Origin: a virus
IMG/VR virus record: IMGVR_UViG_3300028549_001560
Direction: 5' to 3' (one strand)
DNA length: 64,000 nt
The notes beneath the pieces were generated by a model. That model did not search any database, was not told where the DNA came from, and saw only the letters and a list, made by a program, of their open reading frames with translations. This document shows positions 20,100-31,214 of this stretch, piece after piece; position 1 is the stretch's first letter, and each line of letters opens with the position of its first letter. A program made the position numbers and the translations under genes.

Positions 20100-21946
20100 T
20101 ATCCTTGATTTTTATTATATAATTCTTGTAATTTTGCTAGGAATTTAGGATCCATGGCATCTGCATACATTGAGAATACATCCATCTTCATATTGTCTCT
20201 AGATTTTTGATTCCTCATTAACTCCTGTGTTTGCGCATACTCAGATAACTGCGATAATCCGGCCTTCTTGATAGTATTTGATGCTGCTCTATTTCTAGCG
20301 TTAACATCATTGACCCTTCTAATCTCATTAGATCTACTTGCTGCGTTCTGATTAAATCTATCGGCGTATTGGGCCATATATGTATTGTTAGCTGTATCTG
20401 CCTGTCCCATTATACTTGATGTCTGATCAACTCCCTTTGAATAGATTTCCGCACCAAATGCTCTACTACCACCTTGCTTGGAAACAGACTGGTTGTATCT
20501 AGCTATATTCCTCTGATTTGCTGACTCTCTAATTGGCTCTGCAATATTATATCTTTGTATTGGATTAATATAAGCATCAAAGACTGGAGACTCTATTTCT
20601 GGTTTATTATCAGTTAGATTTGAGAATACAGGAGCTAATTGGGCTACATTTGATAGGGATGATCCAAGAGTATTTAATCCCTCTTTAAATATTTTCATAG
20701 GATCGTCATGTCCTGTCATGCTTGTACCGGTCGCACTATATTTTGGTATCCTAGCTAGATTCATAGCATCTTTGAGAGCTAACGATCCCTTACTTGGATC
20801 TACGGTCACACCAGAAGCTTTCCCTTTATTGTATCCAATCTTAGTCGAATAATTTTCTATTGATTTATTCAGGTTCATTGTATTCATATCTAGAAGGTTG
20901 GCTTGCTTCTGTATGTTTGCTAAGTTGAGGTTAGCGGTGTCAATTCTTAATTTACTAGCACCCTTGGATTTTTTTATCTCCTCTGCCTTCTTTTGATAGT
21001 CAGCAGCTATAGTCATTATATCTGAAGGAGTTGATGTACCGCCAGGTATGATATATCTTGATGACGCTTGATATACAGAATCGGTATCATTTATATTTGC
21101 TGGAACCGTATCTGGGTTTGATGGATCGTATCTCCCTGGAACTTTTATCAACTCTCCAGTATCACCTCTCCTGACTACCTCTTCGCTAGCTACTAATGAG
21201 TTAGCTTTTGTTGATTGGAAAGACGATTTTCCTTTATTGAACCCAGAGACTCTGTTGTTTGATCTATTATTCGCAGCATATTCTGCTTGCATCTGAGCAT
21301 TTATTCCATTATTTACATTGACATTAGATATCGCATCTTCCTTTGCCTTAGCCATCTTGTCCTGAAAGTTCATTTCTTTTATTTGATTCAAGCTTTCATA
21401 TAATGAAAGAGCACCGCCAATGCCAGCTCCTATGAATGTCCCAGCTCCGGGAATTATACTGCCAATCTTAGCACCAACAGAAGCTCCTTTAATCGCAGCG
21501 CTTGCGGCTGTCGCTGTGTTCGCTGTTTTGCTATTAGCACTACCAGCAAAAAGGTCACTAGCTCCGCCTGCTATATCTAATATTCCGGCTAGCCCAGCAT
21601 TATATTTCTTAACTCCAGCTAATTCATTTATGTTGTTTTGAGTCTCCCTTGTTGGAACCATGGTCGATACTGGAGAACTTAGGTATTTTATATTGTACCT
21701 ATCCTCTACTAGTAATTTAGCAGCATCTGGATGTAGATTTGAATATGCGTCGTAGTCATTCTTAAATAACTCTTGAAGCTTATCTGTTGTTGTGAATTTT
21801 GTTTTATCTCCAGATCTGTATGATACATTACTGATCCTACTTGTATACTTATTTTTTGGCTGTAATTTCGGTGCTGTGACTGTAAATTCTGGCAACGGAA
21901 CAGACAGTCCTTTTGATCCAGTATTATTATTAATTTTCTTGCTCAT
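20099..21946 (-). CDS. Hypothetical virion protein with a glycine-zipper/Ala-Gly-rich hydrophobic segment (615 aa); possible ejection or membrane-active protein
   Basis: Segment GILDIAGGASDLFAGS...GASVGAKIGSIIPGAGTFIGAGIGGALSLY, followed by an Asn/Gln-rich C-terminal half. The role is inferred. Confidence 0.45.
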   Translation of the reverse strand: MSKKINNNTGSKGLSVPLPEFTVTAPKLQPKNKYTSRISNVSYRSGDKTKFTTTDKLQELFKNDYDAYSNLHPDAAKLLVEDRYNIKYLSSPVSTMVPTRETQNNINELAGVKKYNAGLAGILDIAGGASDLFAGSANSKTANTATAASAAIKGASVGAKIGSIIPGAGTFIGAGIGGALSLYESLNQIKEMNFQDKMAKAKEDAISNVNVNNGINAQMQAEYAANNRSNNRVSGFNKGKSSFQSTKANSLVASEEVVRRGDTGELIKVPGRYDPSNPDTVPANINDTDSVYQASSRYIIPGGTSTPSDIMTIAADYQKKAEEIKKSKGASKLRIDTANLNLANIQKQANLLDMNTMNLNKSIENYSTKIGYNKGKASGVTVDPSKGSLALKDAMNLARIPKYSATGTSMTGHDDPMKIFKEGLNTLGSSLSNVAQLAPVFSNLTDNKPEIESPVFDAYINPIQRYNIAEPIRESANQRNIARYNQSVSKQGGSRAFGAEIYSKGVDQTSSIMGQADTANNTYMAQYADRFNQNAASRSNEIRRVNDVNARNRAASNTIKKAGLSQLSEYAQTQELMRNQKSRDNMKMDVFSMYADAMDPKFLAKLQELYNKNQG

Positions 21947-21947
21947 A

Positions 21948-22430
21948 TTAAATCATTGATTGCCTGTATGTTGTATTTATATACGGTATATTTAATCTAT
22001 TTCCTATTGGCTCATATAAAGCCTCTACTGATAAGTATTTACCCATCAATCTACCTTTAAATCTGCCCTCTGTAGCCTCTCTTGGCACTGCGGCTCTATA
22101 TGTATCTTCTCTGTTGTCGATATCGGCTGATAACAATGGAAGTCCATTCATTGAGTTTGTTGAAAAATCTATCCTCTTGAAATTGACACCTTTATCCAAT
22201 CTAAGTGTATATGATATATTATCAAATGTTTTCGTTATACTATAGTTATCATTTACGATGAAATTAACTAAAGAATTGTCTTTATATACGTTGCTGTTGT
22301 GTAGCGATAACTTATTATCTTCATCGAATGAGTAGTATCGATCACCGAAACTCAAATACCATTTTGGCTTACTTGATGTAAATGACCAAAATGCTTGAGC
22401 TGCCTCTGAATAGTTTAATGTATTTAACAT
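21948..22430 (-). CDS. Hypothetical structural protein (160 aa)
   Basis: ORF tightly packed between two structural genes with 1-nt gaps. Confidence 0.6.
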   Translation of the reverse strand: MLNTLNYSEAAQAFWSFTSSKPKWYLSFGDRYYSFDEDNKLSLHNSNVYKDNSLVNFIVNDNYSITKTFDNISYTLRLDKGVNFKRIDFSTNSMNGLPLLSADIDNREDTYRAAVPREATEGRFKGRLMGKYLSVEALYEPIGNRLNIPYINTTYRQSMI

Positions 22431-22431
22431 T

Positions 22432-25400
22432 TTAATTTATTAATTTTGGGTCTGATATTCCATACAACGAGAATAATACCTCATTATATTTTTTATCGTA
22501 GACTATTGGTACGTTGTACTCTATATTTTTCTTATTTTTATTCAATAGAGATTGGACTCCTTTTGCTTTTGATACTGATTGTATACCGTTTGATACGTAC
22601 AATATTTCTGCCCTATCTCTATCATACCAATACAAGGCCGACGAGCTCGTGTCAATTGAATTTATAGATAATCTATTGAGTCCATTCACGTTTGATATAT
22701 AATCAAATCTAGTTAATATACCGCCAGTTCCAAGCGTCAATTGAGATGAGTTACCATCGGATATTAGCGATCTGTCATTTACCGATAATACTCCAATAGA
22801 ATTAGACTGCCAGAAAAATAACTTATTATCAAAATTCTTTAATCTTGTAACCTCGCCAAATCTAGTGTCTACGTCTATGTAGTCATCGGCTTTAAATACC
22901 GCCCAACTATCATATAACTCATCGTTAGTTTTCTTTTGGGAATTGATAACTCTGCAATCGAATCTCTTATTGGTCTCATCTATCTCTAATCTGGATAGAA
23001 ATCCTGCAGCTATCTGATCTGATGAGTATGCTGGATTATACTCGTATTGAGGGACTGACTGTGAATGAGTATAGGTTCCATCTGAATTTCCTAAAATCAA
23101 ATTAGACCCAGCGTCTTTTATTACACCCACAGCACACTCCTGATTTACGTACGACTTAGAACTAACCAGGTGCATATTGATTGATGACTCTAGCGGTATA
23201 AGCGCTCCTACATGCTTTGTTTGAGCCGCAAGAACTTCTGATACATCTAATTGGTTTGTGTTGTGTTCGTGCCCTAAAACGCCTACAAATGGGTCTGTAG
23301 CCCTTACTACGGTATAGTCAAATACACCAATAAAGGTATCTCCACCAAATACTGTAATTTCAGCACTTGTAGATGATATATCTTTAACAAAGCCAGTTGA
23401 GATATATTCAGTATACTGCCTATCAAAATATTTATTGCCACCATATATAGAGCTGTTCATTGATTTTAAATTCATAATATATGTAGACAATCCGGCTGCG
23501 CCTATTTGATCTAGAGTACGCTCTTTACTAGAGTAGATCATCCTTCCGCTATAGTATCCGAATCTATCCATCTCTATTCTACCTATTGATGGAATGGAGT
23601 TTTCATTTGTCATATTTATTATAAGTCCATCACCATGAATTCCCTGGACCTTAGTTGATGCCATTGCTGCAATAGATGAATCCCTGTCTTTTAGTGAACC
23701 ATCTTGACCTTTCCTAATATCATCTCCGAATGTAAGCGCCCTACTCCAGTTTAAAAATAATCTTCCTCCAATATTCTTATAGTACAGACCATCTATTTCA
23801 TTTATCTTCTTTCCGTGAACTATATCTCCAGAGTATTTTATATCTGAAATCTCATACGTCATGTTGATGTTAGAATCCATATATTGCGCATCTGTGACTA
23901 ATATCTCTCTGTCATACAACTCTCTTCCTTTTTGTATTACATAGTGAACCTTTGGAGATCCACTGTCAATCCTATCGTTTATACTTCTATAATATTTAAA
24001 GGTTCCACCGATACATCCAGTCTCTATATTCTGATTTGTAAGTAATGGTGCTTTATCTGATAGTGGTTCTACATTCGCATATCCAGCGACATACTTAAAC
24101 GAATTTGGATCACTGTTCGCTCCAGAGAGATAGCCAGCAACACCACCAGTCCATTCACTATTGCCAACCAATGCGGAGAACATTCCACCTGTTGCAATAA
24201 ACGACCTTACAAATCCTATATCTGTATTATTTACATTGTTGTTATTGGATAGAATTCTTTTCGTTGAGTTCGTATATGTATAAATATCAAACTTATCTTG
24301 ATTCAAATCATTTGCTATCCAATCATCCACGCCCCCAGATTGTTGATCCAATATTTGTCCAGGATGTACACCAACTAGTCCGAATGTAGATACATATGAA
24401 TTTCCACCACTATTTGTATTGATGTTATTCTTGTTTAGATCTGCTCCAAAATACATTGCATGTGGATAATTATATGATCCGCTTAGGTCTGTCCTTACTA
24501 ATGACGGTTCTATAGATTTCCCATAGTAATTAGTATTGTCTAATTTTATGGCCCTAGTAGATACTGGAAATATTAAATTAGCCATACTAAGCTTCATAGC
24601 TCCGCTATTTAGTTCTATCTGGGATGCAAAGTCATCACCATAATATGAAACCTCTGGTGATATGAACATGAAATTATTCATATTGGAAAAGTATGGAGCG
24701 TATGCGAACTTAGTAAAGTCTGCCTTTACTTTAATCCAATCTCCATCCTCTTCTCCATAATTGAATTCACCATCAAATGTATATTTATAGGATGTCTGGT
24801 TTGTTACCCCATTTGGAGTTCCAAGCATAAATCTTTTTGGATCGTCGTAATTATTTACGTTTGTTATTTTAGTATCTACTGCTGGTCCTAGCAGGGCGTA
24901 ATTGTACGCCATTGATACTATTGGATGTGGAAGTAGAATTCCACTCTGAGGATGATTTGTAGAGTTATCGCTATCTCCTGACGCTAAGTCATTTGTGTAT
25001 GTGCCTAACTTCTGAATCGCCCCTTGAGCATATATTGTCTTGTTGTTTAGATCTCTTTTTGCTCTAACTACCTCTATAGATTTAACAGAAGATGGTATGT
25101 TTTTGAATTTAAATGAGACCCCTAGTGGATTTACCACCAATTCTTGTTGATCGATAAATGTGCTTTGAGGATAGTTCTCCTCTGGCATTTGAAATATAGC
25201 TGCATTCCATTTTGAATCCTTATAGTATCCAGCCGGAAATCGTATATCGGCCACCCACTTAACATCCGACCTTCTTCCATCTGCATCACCAAGTCTAATA
25301 CCAAATCTATATATCTCATCTCGTTGATGTGATTTCATTGCGTTTGCTATCAGTGGATTTGCATAATTCAATGGGCCATCATGCTTCGATATATTGAGCA

Positions 25401-27795
25401 AAGATTCTATGTTTTGAGCACCTATAGATTCTGTTCCGTCCGAATTTCTTAAATCCAATCCAGTAATAGATCTTTTTACATCACCTATTCTTGGGTATCT
25501 CCTATCTATCAATTTCGCTGTTTCGGTTTCTGGATAAGATAATCCTTCTTGGCTATTCTCGGCTAAAACGTTTGAATATGATTCTATAAACCTACTATTT
25601 GTAAATAAGTATGATACATTTGGACCTTCTCCACCTAGATTACCAGATGAATCATATCTGTATGTTATATCCTTGTATGAATCTACTGTATATATTTCTG
25701 GGTGAACACATCCATGGTCATATGGGACTAATCCGTACGTGTTTTTAGTTACCTCTAGGAATGATGTTCCATCATTATCTAAAATCTTGGATGATCTTAG
25801 CATCGACTCTGATGTTGTTGGTGGAATAATACTCTCTGGAGTATATTTTAATGGCGCTTGTATTTTTAGCTTGGCTACAGTTATATTCAAATCAACTCCA
25901 CCGTCTATTGTTATTGTATTAGAATATCTATCAACAGTTAACACACTTTGATTTAGTGTCTGCCATACAAATGATCCACCAGCTACCGATATATATGCGG
26001 ATACAGCCACCCACCCAGTGAGAGATATATTATTGCCTATTATTCCATCCGGTATGTCGAGATTGAAAGTCCATTGATCATTATATTCCGACCCTCTAGT
26101 TACATTAAACTCAGTCACAGTAGATGTGGCTGGAGCTATTGATGCTGGTATTGTATATCCAGGTATTACAGTTATATTGCTCTTAAATTGATAAGCTCTA
26201 GTATCATAGTCTACGTCAAATATATTTTCTTTTATATTACCTGCAAACAACATATCATCCTTAGACTCTATTGTGGCCGCAATTGGTATATCACCTCCTA
26301 TAGCATTGTACTCGGATACAGATAATTCTCCTACTACAAATGCTCCTGAATCCTCTACGTGTATGTATCCATTAGTAGTTGATGATTTATCTATTTTTAT
26401 ATCCTTTATTATAGATATTTTTGGAGATTGATTATAGTCATAGTAGTATATTGATATTAACTTTAGTCTAGATGGCTTCATTGTGATTGGTACATCTAGC
26501 TTTAATTTAACTGACTTTCCAGTAGGCTTACCGTATATATCACCAAGGCCATCACCTAATATGTCTTTAGATAATCTAGCTGAGCTCTTACTACTTAGTG
26601 ATATCAACTTTGACGCAGGTGATAATCTAGATTCAGACCCTTGTATGCTAGATACTTGATATGCATATTGTATTATGCCGGAATTCAATCTTCCAGACCC
26701 AATTCCTTCAATTAGTGGTTGTTTTAGTTGTACTGGAGCTACTATATCAAAATAAGATATGTCATTGATTTCTAAGTATGAATTCTTGGCTATATTTATC
26801 ATCCTTATTGGGTTAACCCCATCAGTCCAATATACTTTTATATTGTCAGTGTCTTCATATCTAGATACTATTCCTATTGGATATGGCAAGTTGCCTACCG
26901 AAAGCCCACCATCTTTAAGTAGTCTTGTATATGATACGCTTTTATCAGATTGAAAGTTCAACTTGTAGATGTTGATTTTATTCTCTTTCTTGTAGATTAT
27001 AGTCTCCTTTTCGTATGTCCTATCGGCTGGTATGTCATACCCAAGATTCGGGTCAAGCCCTATTGAGTTTGGGTATACAATTGGAACACTATACTCATCT
27101 CCTATATAATTCTTAAATGTTATATAATACTCGTCGCTACTATACTTTACGTATTGATTAGTAGGGAGTGATATACCAACAACTTCAACCCTGTCAATTT
27201 GATCGGGTCTCATATATAGGTGTTGATTATTTAAACAGTTGTGTTGATCAGACGTGTCATGATTTGTTCCTGGAGCATAATAGCTATCGTCCATTAGAAA
27301 TGAGAACATTTTTGATCCGAATGGAATTATTACATTGTCTTTTATTAGATTTACATGTAGTGTCAATCCTTCTGGGAACTCCTCTCTAGTTGCGTTACTA
27401 CTCATTACCATTCTCATGGCTCTAGTTGTTCCACCCATTTGATCGCTAACATATTCATCATCATAGACAACTTTTATTGTTATCTCTTCTTTTGATACCG
27501 TACTAGTAGTAGTCGATTCTATCTCGTCAGTATCAGAGACTATCGATGTAAAGACAACCCCAGTATCTCTTATTGTGTCGGTAGCTATTATTTTCTCAGT
27601 TTTAGGTATTCCTTGCTGCTCTATCAGATAGGCTCCCTCAGAATTCACTAACGACCCAGAAGATCCCTCGCTATCTGTTATGCATCGTACATTTTCTGCA
27701 TATTTGTATTGTGTATTCTTGATTACACTCTTATCTGCGTCCATATTCATACCTTCATGAAAGGTATTTGTGGCTGAAGTTGCTGATCCTATCAT
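22432..27795 (-). CDS. Large tail structural protein (1,787 aa)
   Basis: Long ORF in the tail module with beta-rich Ser/Thr/Asn/Gly/Tyr composition. No catalytic motif recognised. Confidence 0.5.
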   Translation of the reverse strand: MIGSATSATNTFHEGMNMDADKSVIKNTQYKYAENVRCITDSEGSSGSLVNSEGAYLIEQQGIPKTEKIIATDTIRDTGVVFTSIVSDTDEIESTTTSTVSKEEITIKVVYDDEYVSDQMGGTTRAMRMVMSSNATREEFPEGLTLHVNLIKDNVIIPFGSKMFSFLMDDSYYAPGTNHDTSDQHNCLNNQHLYMRPDQIDRVEVVGISLPTNQYVKYSSDEYYITFKNYIGDEYSVPIVYPNSIGLDPNLGYDIPADRTYEKETIIYKKENKINIYKLNFQSDKSVSYTRLLKDGGLSVGNLPYPIGIVSRYEDTDNIKVYWTDGVNPIRMINIAKNSYLEINDISYFDIVAPVQLKQPLIEGIGSGRLNSGIIQYAYQVSSIQGSESRLSPASKLISLSSKSSARLSKDILGDGLGDIYGKPTGKSVKLKLDVPITMKPSRLKLISIYYYDYNQSPKISIIKDIKIDKSSTTNGYIHVEDSGAFVVGELSVSEYNAIGGDIPIAATIESKDDMLFAGNIKENIFDVDYDTRAYQFKSNITVIPGYTIPASIAPATSTVTEFNVTRGSEYNDQWTFNLDIPDGIIGNNISLTGWVAVSAYISVAGGSFVWQTLNQSVLTVDRYSNTITIDGGVDLNITVAKLKIQAPLKYTPESIIPPTTSESMLRSSKILDNDGTSFLEVTKNTYGLVPYDHGCVHPEIYTVDSYKDITYRYDSSGNLGGEGPNVSYLFTNSRFIESYSNVLAENSQEGLSYPETETAKLIDRRYPRIGDVKRSITGLDLRNSDGTESIGAQNIESLLNISKHDGPLNYANPLIANAMKSHQRDEIYRFGIRLGDADGRRSDVKWVADIRFPAGYYKDSKWNAAIFQMPEENYPQSTFIDQQELVVNPLGVSFKFKNIPSSVKSIEVVRAKRDLNNKTIYAQGAIQKLGTYTNDLASGDSDNSTNHPQSGILLPHPIVSMAYNYALLGPAVDTKITNVNNYDDPKRFMLGTPNGVTNQTSYKYTFDGEFNYGEEDGDWIKVKADFTKFAYAPYFSNMNNFMFISPEVSYYGDDFASQIELNSGAMKLSMANLIFPVSTRAIKLDNTNYYGKSIEPSLVRTDLSGSYNYPHAMYFGADLNKNNINTNSGGNSYVSTFGLVGVHPGQILDQQSGGVDDWIANDLNQDKFDIYTYTNSTKRILSNNNNVNNTDIGFVRSFIATGGMFSALVGNSEWTGGVAGYLSGANSDPNSFKYVAGYANVEPLSDKAPLLTNQNIETGCIGGTFKYYRSINDRIDSGSPKVHYVIQKGRELYDREILVTDAQYMDSNINMTYEISDIKYSGDIVHGKKINEIDGLYYKNIGGRLFLNWSRALTFGDDIRKGQDGSLKDRDSSIAAMASTKVQGIHGDGLIINMTNENSIPSIGRIEMDRFGYYSGRMIYSSKERTLDQIGAAGLSTYIMNLKSMNSSIYGGNKYFDRQYTEYISTGFVKDISSTSAEITVFGGDTFIGVFDYTVVRATDPFVGVLGHEHNTNQLDVSEVLAAQTKHVGALIPLESSINMHLVSSKSYVNQECAVGVIKDAGSNLILGNSDGTYTHSQSVPQYEYNPAYSSDQIAAGFLSRLEIDETNKRFDCRVINSQKKTNDELYDSWAVFKADDYIDVDTRFGEVTRLKNFDNKLFFWQSNSIGVLSVNDRSLISDGNSSQLTLGTGGILTRFDYISNVNGLNRLSINSIDTSSSALYWYDRDRAEILYVSNGIQSVSKAKGVQSLLNKNKKNIEYNVPIVYDKKYNEVLFSLYGISDPKLIN

Positions 27796-27797
27796 AC

Positions 27798-28727
27798 TTA
27801 GTTTTTATTATATATTGTTTGAGCTTCGTCAGTATCTTCGTAGAATCCTGCATGAGACCCAAGCTCTGGTATTAGTCTATTCCATTGATTTTTTATAGAC
27901 TCCATTTCATCTGAGTTTGGCATCATAGATTCTCCGTACGCTTGTTTGCAATAGAAATTCCATGATCTTTTTGCATCAAAGTAGATGTCTTGCCTCATTT
28001 TCCCAGATCTATATTCTGGATACGACAACTTCATTACTATATACCAATAAATGGCCTCAGAATATGATACCATGTCTGGAACTAAAGGATATCCATCCTC
28101 GTCGGCGGGTATTGCATCATAACTAAATTTGATAAATCCATCTCGAACATTTGTATTTATATATCCAGGTTTTATTGAGTATTTTAATACACTGCTGTCC
28201 GTAGCCTTACCATCACTATTTTGGATTAAATTAACAAGCAGAGTTCTAACATTTTGATTCGTATTTAGTATTTCTAGTGCTTTCTCATTATCCATCTTAG
28301 AGAACCACGCATATATTGGATCTTCTGCATATTTACTATATAGTATCTTTACTATATTGACAAGCTCTGAGTTTCTTACTATGTCTTCTGGCGAGTTGCC
28401 TAGTCCAGATGAACCACTCCATGCATTTATATTTCCAGTGGCTACTATCATTTTCGAGAATGGACCACTATTAGTAGGAGAGTACATCACTTGATTTAAT
28501 CTAAATAGATCCATTGGTAATTTCGCTTGATGGTTTTTTAGTTGAACTATCTCAGCTCCATCAACGCCTGAGACTACTCTTTTTAATTGCCTAACAGATC
28601 CTATTTTCTCTACAGCTTCGCCCACCCATTCGATCATATCGGATTGTCTATTTGAACCCTCTTTTATGTCTAGGTCAGCAAATACCTTTGATATTACTTG
28701 TCTGCTTGATATCATTCTATATACCAT
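27798..28727 (-). CDS. Hypothetical tail-module protein (309 aa)
   Basis: ORF with 2-nt spacing to both neighbours. Confidence 0.6.
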   Translation of the reverse strand: MVYRMISSRQVISKVFADLDIKEGSNRQSDMIEWVGEAVEKIGSVRQLKRVVSGVDGAEIVQLKNHQAKLPMDLFRLNQVMYSPTNSGPFSKMIVATGNINAWSGSSGLGNSPEDIVRNSELVNIVKILYSKYAEDPIYAWFSKMDNEKALEILNTNQNVRTLLVNLIQNSDGKATDSSVLKYSIKPGYINTNVRDGFIKFSYDAIPADEDGYPLVPDMVSYSEAIYWYIVMKLSYPEYRSGKMRQDIYFDAKRSWNFYCKQAYGESMMPNSDEMESIKNQWNRLIPELGSHAGFYEDTDEAQTIYNKN

Positions 28728-28729
28728 AG

Positions 28730-29236
28730 TTATTTTTGTATATAATCAGTAATGTTATTTTTAATTGCCTTTGCCAACGCTCTTTTAGATCCCCTACACA
28801 TGTCTAGCCTATATTCCTTTATCATATTATACCTATATGTATCTCTGTACCACATAAACCTGTATCTATATGCATCAGAGTGTTCGTTCATATGGTATAT
28901 TGTCTTTCCACTCTTCTTAGTTTCGTTAAAGTCTACATTGAACTTTAGATGTCCAGAATATCTCACTTGACACTTCTTTGCTACCATTATCACTCCAAGC
29001 CCTGACGGAATGTAAAATTCGTAAGCTTTATTTATTATTAAGTCCATTATATATTCATTATAAGCATCTATCACTTTCGAGTATATAGGTCTCTTTACAG
29101 CATAAAGTCCGGTATGTCCATATTTTTGACTATAATATCTATGCATGTGGTACGTAGTATAACTACTGGGCTCTTTTTTCCACTTGGATGTTTTCCATCT
29201 CTGGGTTTGAGTTATTTGTTCTGTCTGTTGGGGCAT
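28730..29236 (-). CDS. Hypothetical basic protein (168 aa as listed; start uncertain)
   Basis: The listed ATG 29236 overlaps the upstream ORF by 74 nt. An internal ATG at 29146 lies just past the upstream stop. Lys/Arg/Tyr-rich. Confidence 0.5.
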   Translation of the reverse strand: MPQQTEQITQTQRWKTSKWKKEPSSYTTYHMHRYYSQKYGHTGLYAVKRPIYSKVIDAYNEYIMDLIINKAYEFYIPSGLGVIMVAKKCQVRYSGHLKFNVDFNETKKSGKTIYHMNEHSDAYRYRFMWYRDTYRYNMIKEYRLDMCRGSKRALAKAIKNNITDYIQK

Positions 29237-29834
29237 TTACTTTTAATTCTTTCGTAAATATTAATTCCTTTAATGTTGGAATCATATTGATTGGTATTGG
29301 ATAGGGGCTGTCTGGATCCACACATGAGCTTATATCTCTTGGGTTCTCTGCAATCATATATATATTTATATACTCCAATTCTCCAGGCCCTTCTATATGC
29401 ATCCTATTCCCAACCACATATGCAACGTAATCTGCGCTAGTCCACTTTCTATTTGATTGAAACCTAGCACGAACTTGAGTTGTTTGCTGTATCTCATTTC
29501 CAAATGTATCTGTAACATTTAGGATACCAGATTTAAAATGAAAGTCTATTGATTTTGGCAAAACTAAGTCTGCTACATGTAATATAGCGTTTGATGGGGC
29601 AAAAACACCTCCAGCATAGTTAGCTATAAGTGGAACATCTCTAATCACTTGTATATATCCTGGATTGATATCTCGCCCCTTATCTACGTCTTGCTTTATG
29701 AGCATCGCCCTATACTGTGTAATCCATTGCTCTATTTGAATCCTACTTATGTTTTCACTCTCTGAGATATTGTTGTTTCTGAGCTCTAGGAGGATATCAT
29801 CTATTATGGTATTTAGCGAATTAAGTGTTACCAT
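29163..29834 (-). CDS. Hypothetical tail-module protein (223 aa)
   Basis: ORF with a 1-nt start/stop overlap with the endolysin-like gene. Confidence 0.6.
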   Translation of the reverse strand: MVTLNSLNTIIDDILLELRNNNISESENISRIQIEQWITQYRAMLIKQDVDKGRDINPGYIQVIRDVPLIANYAGGVFAPSNAILHVADLVLPKSIDFHFKSGILNVTDTFGNEIQQTTQVRARFQSNRKWTSADYVAYVVGNRMHIEGPGELEYINIYMIAENPRDISSCVDPDSPYPIPINMIPTLKELIFTKELKVNAPTDRTNNSNPEMENIQVEKRAQ

Positions 29835-30265
29835 TATGTAATAGTTATATATATTGTTTCTTTCATTTCTGTGGCATCAACCAACTTCTTCATTAGATTG
29901 TCGAATGTCGCCTTTGAGTTTGTTACCATCCCTGGTTGAGTATTCTTTCCAACCAACAAGCATCCATGACTATCTACAGCCTTATTTCCAGGATGTATTC
30001 GTATGCCATCAAATCCAGGTACGTTCTCAATCAATGGTAGAACTTTTTTGAATCTATTTGAATATGTAAGTACTACAGTGTACGTTCCGTATGGTATAGC
30101 GGTCTCTCCATACACTTTAGTTTCTCCTGAGTCATTCAAATCTCCATCTTTATTTAAATCCCTTACTCTATCTTCTAATACATCTGAAAAGTATACATTA
30201 TCTATATATAGCTTCCCTATTGTATATTCAGGTTTGAGGGCAACCCTCTTTAATTCTAATCTCAT
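29834..30265 (-). CDS. Putative endolysin, YkuD-like (L,D-transpeptidase-fold) peptidoglycan peptidase (143 aa)
   Basis: GIRIHPGNKAVDSHGCLLVG matches the His...Ser-x-Gly-Cys catalytic signature of the YkuD fold. It sits directly downstream of three small membrane-protein genes. Confidence 0.55.
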   Translation of the reverse strand: MRLELKRVALKPEYTIGKLYIDNVYFSDVLEDRVRDLNKDGDLNDSGETKVYGETAIPYGTYTVVLTYSNRFKKVLPLIENVPGFDGIRIHPGNKAVDSHGCLLVGKNTQPGMVTNSKATFDNLMKKLVDATEMKETIYITIT

Positions 30266-30266
30266 A

Positions 30267-30887
30267 TTATTCGTGTTTAATTACTCTCATGTCCTTGACG
30301 TGGATCAAATCATTCGTGTTGTGTATAGAGTACTGTAACACATCCTCCTTTTTCCAGTCGAAATTCCAAAATCTATTCCATTTATTCTTGTACTGATTTA
30401 CATACACCCTCTCAGTGTAAACGTTTAAAATCATGATATTGTTTATATCTATAGTAGAAATAAGTGAATCTTTTTTTATTTTTATAGTTGATTTCGTAAA
30501 CTCATTATATTTTACAGTAGTATCCAATTCGAATTGTTTGGGATTAGATATAATCACAACACCTGTATCTTTCACAGAAGTGGCAACCCCAGCAGATACG
30601 TCTCCAGGCTTATTTGGAGACGATTTACGGAGTTTTGATATAGAGTCGATAGTTAATACTAATTTATCATTAGACCTCTTTAGATCGTCTTTATTTAAGC
30701 GTAGGACCCTATTTTCAGTATATAGGCTGTTGGAGTAGTTTTCATATGCCAGTGAGTTGCTCATATATCTGGATTTGTCCTCCTTTTCTTTTATATATTT
30801 CTCATTAAGATTATATATATGTATGGATCCTGCGAAAATAATAGAGGCAATGATGGCAGCTAGTATTAGTTTTATTTTGTTTATCAT
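30267..30887 (-). CDS. N-terminally membrane-anchored protein (206 aa), spanin-like lysis accessory candidate
   Basis: Single N-terminal TM (KLILAAIIASIIFAGSIHIY) followed by a Lys/Asn-rich soluble part. Adjacent to holin-like genes and the endolysin. Confidence 0.4.
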   Translation of the reverse strand: MINKIKLILAAIIASIIFAGSIHIYNLNEKYIKEKEDKSRYMSNSLAYENYSNSLYTENRVLRLNKDDLKRSNDKLVLTIDSISKLRKSSPNKPGDVSAGVATSVKDTGVVIISNPKQFELDTTVKYNEFTKSTIKIKKDSLISTIDINNIMILNVYTERVYVNQYKNKWNRFWNFDWKKEDVLQYSIHNTNDLIHVKDMRVIKHE

Positions 30888-30888
30888 G

Positions 30889-31173
30889 TTAGTTGTTTAT
30901 AAAATAAAGTATAACTCCGGCTCCTATTGCAGCAAGAACACTTGACGCAAGCCCAACGAAAGCTTTTTCTACCCACTTCCCAGAGTACTTAACATCCATA
31001 TCTGAGTATTTTTCAGCCTCCCATCTTACATGATCCCTAAGATCATCGTGTATTTCCTTAACCCCTTCTACGAGGTTATCAAGTTTTTGCTCCATCTTTG
31101 CAAGCCTATTTTCGTTTTTGATTTCCTTTTCTACCATAGTGCAATTATAGTTTTTATTTAATTTGTGCTTCAT
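30889..31173 (-). CDS. Small protein with coiled-coil N-terminus and C-terminal TM (94 aa); holin/antiholin-like candidate
   Basis: C-terminal TM AFVGLASSVLAAIGAGVILYFI. Confidence 0.4.
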   Translation of the reverse strand: MKHKLNKNYNCTMVEKEIKNENRLAKMEQKLDNLVEGVKEIHDDLRDHVRWEAEKYSDMDVKYSGKWVEKAFVGLASSVLAAIGAGVILYFINN

Positions 31174-31214
31174 GCCTTAGGCTTGATTTGACACGCCAAT
31201 GCACTTGACGTGTA

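Noticed and set aside
28730-29236. Programmed frameshift between the 223-aa and 168-aa ORFs, which overlap by 74 nt.
   Set aside because: No slippery heptamer was noticed. An internal ATG at 29146, just past the upstream stop, explains the arrangement more simply.
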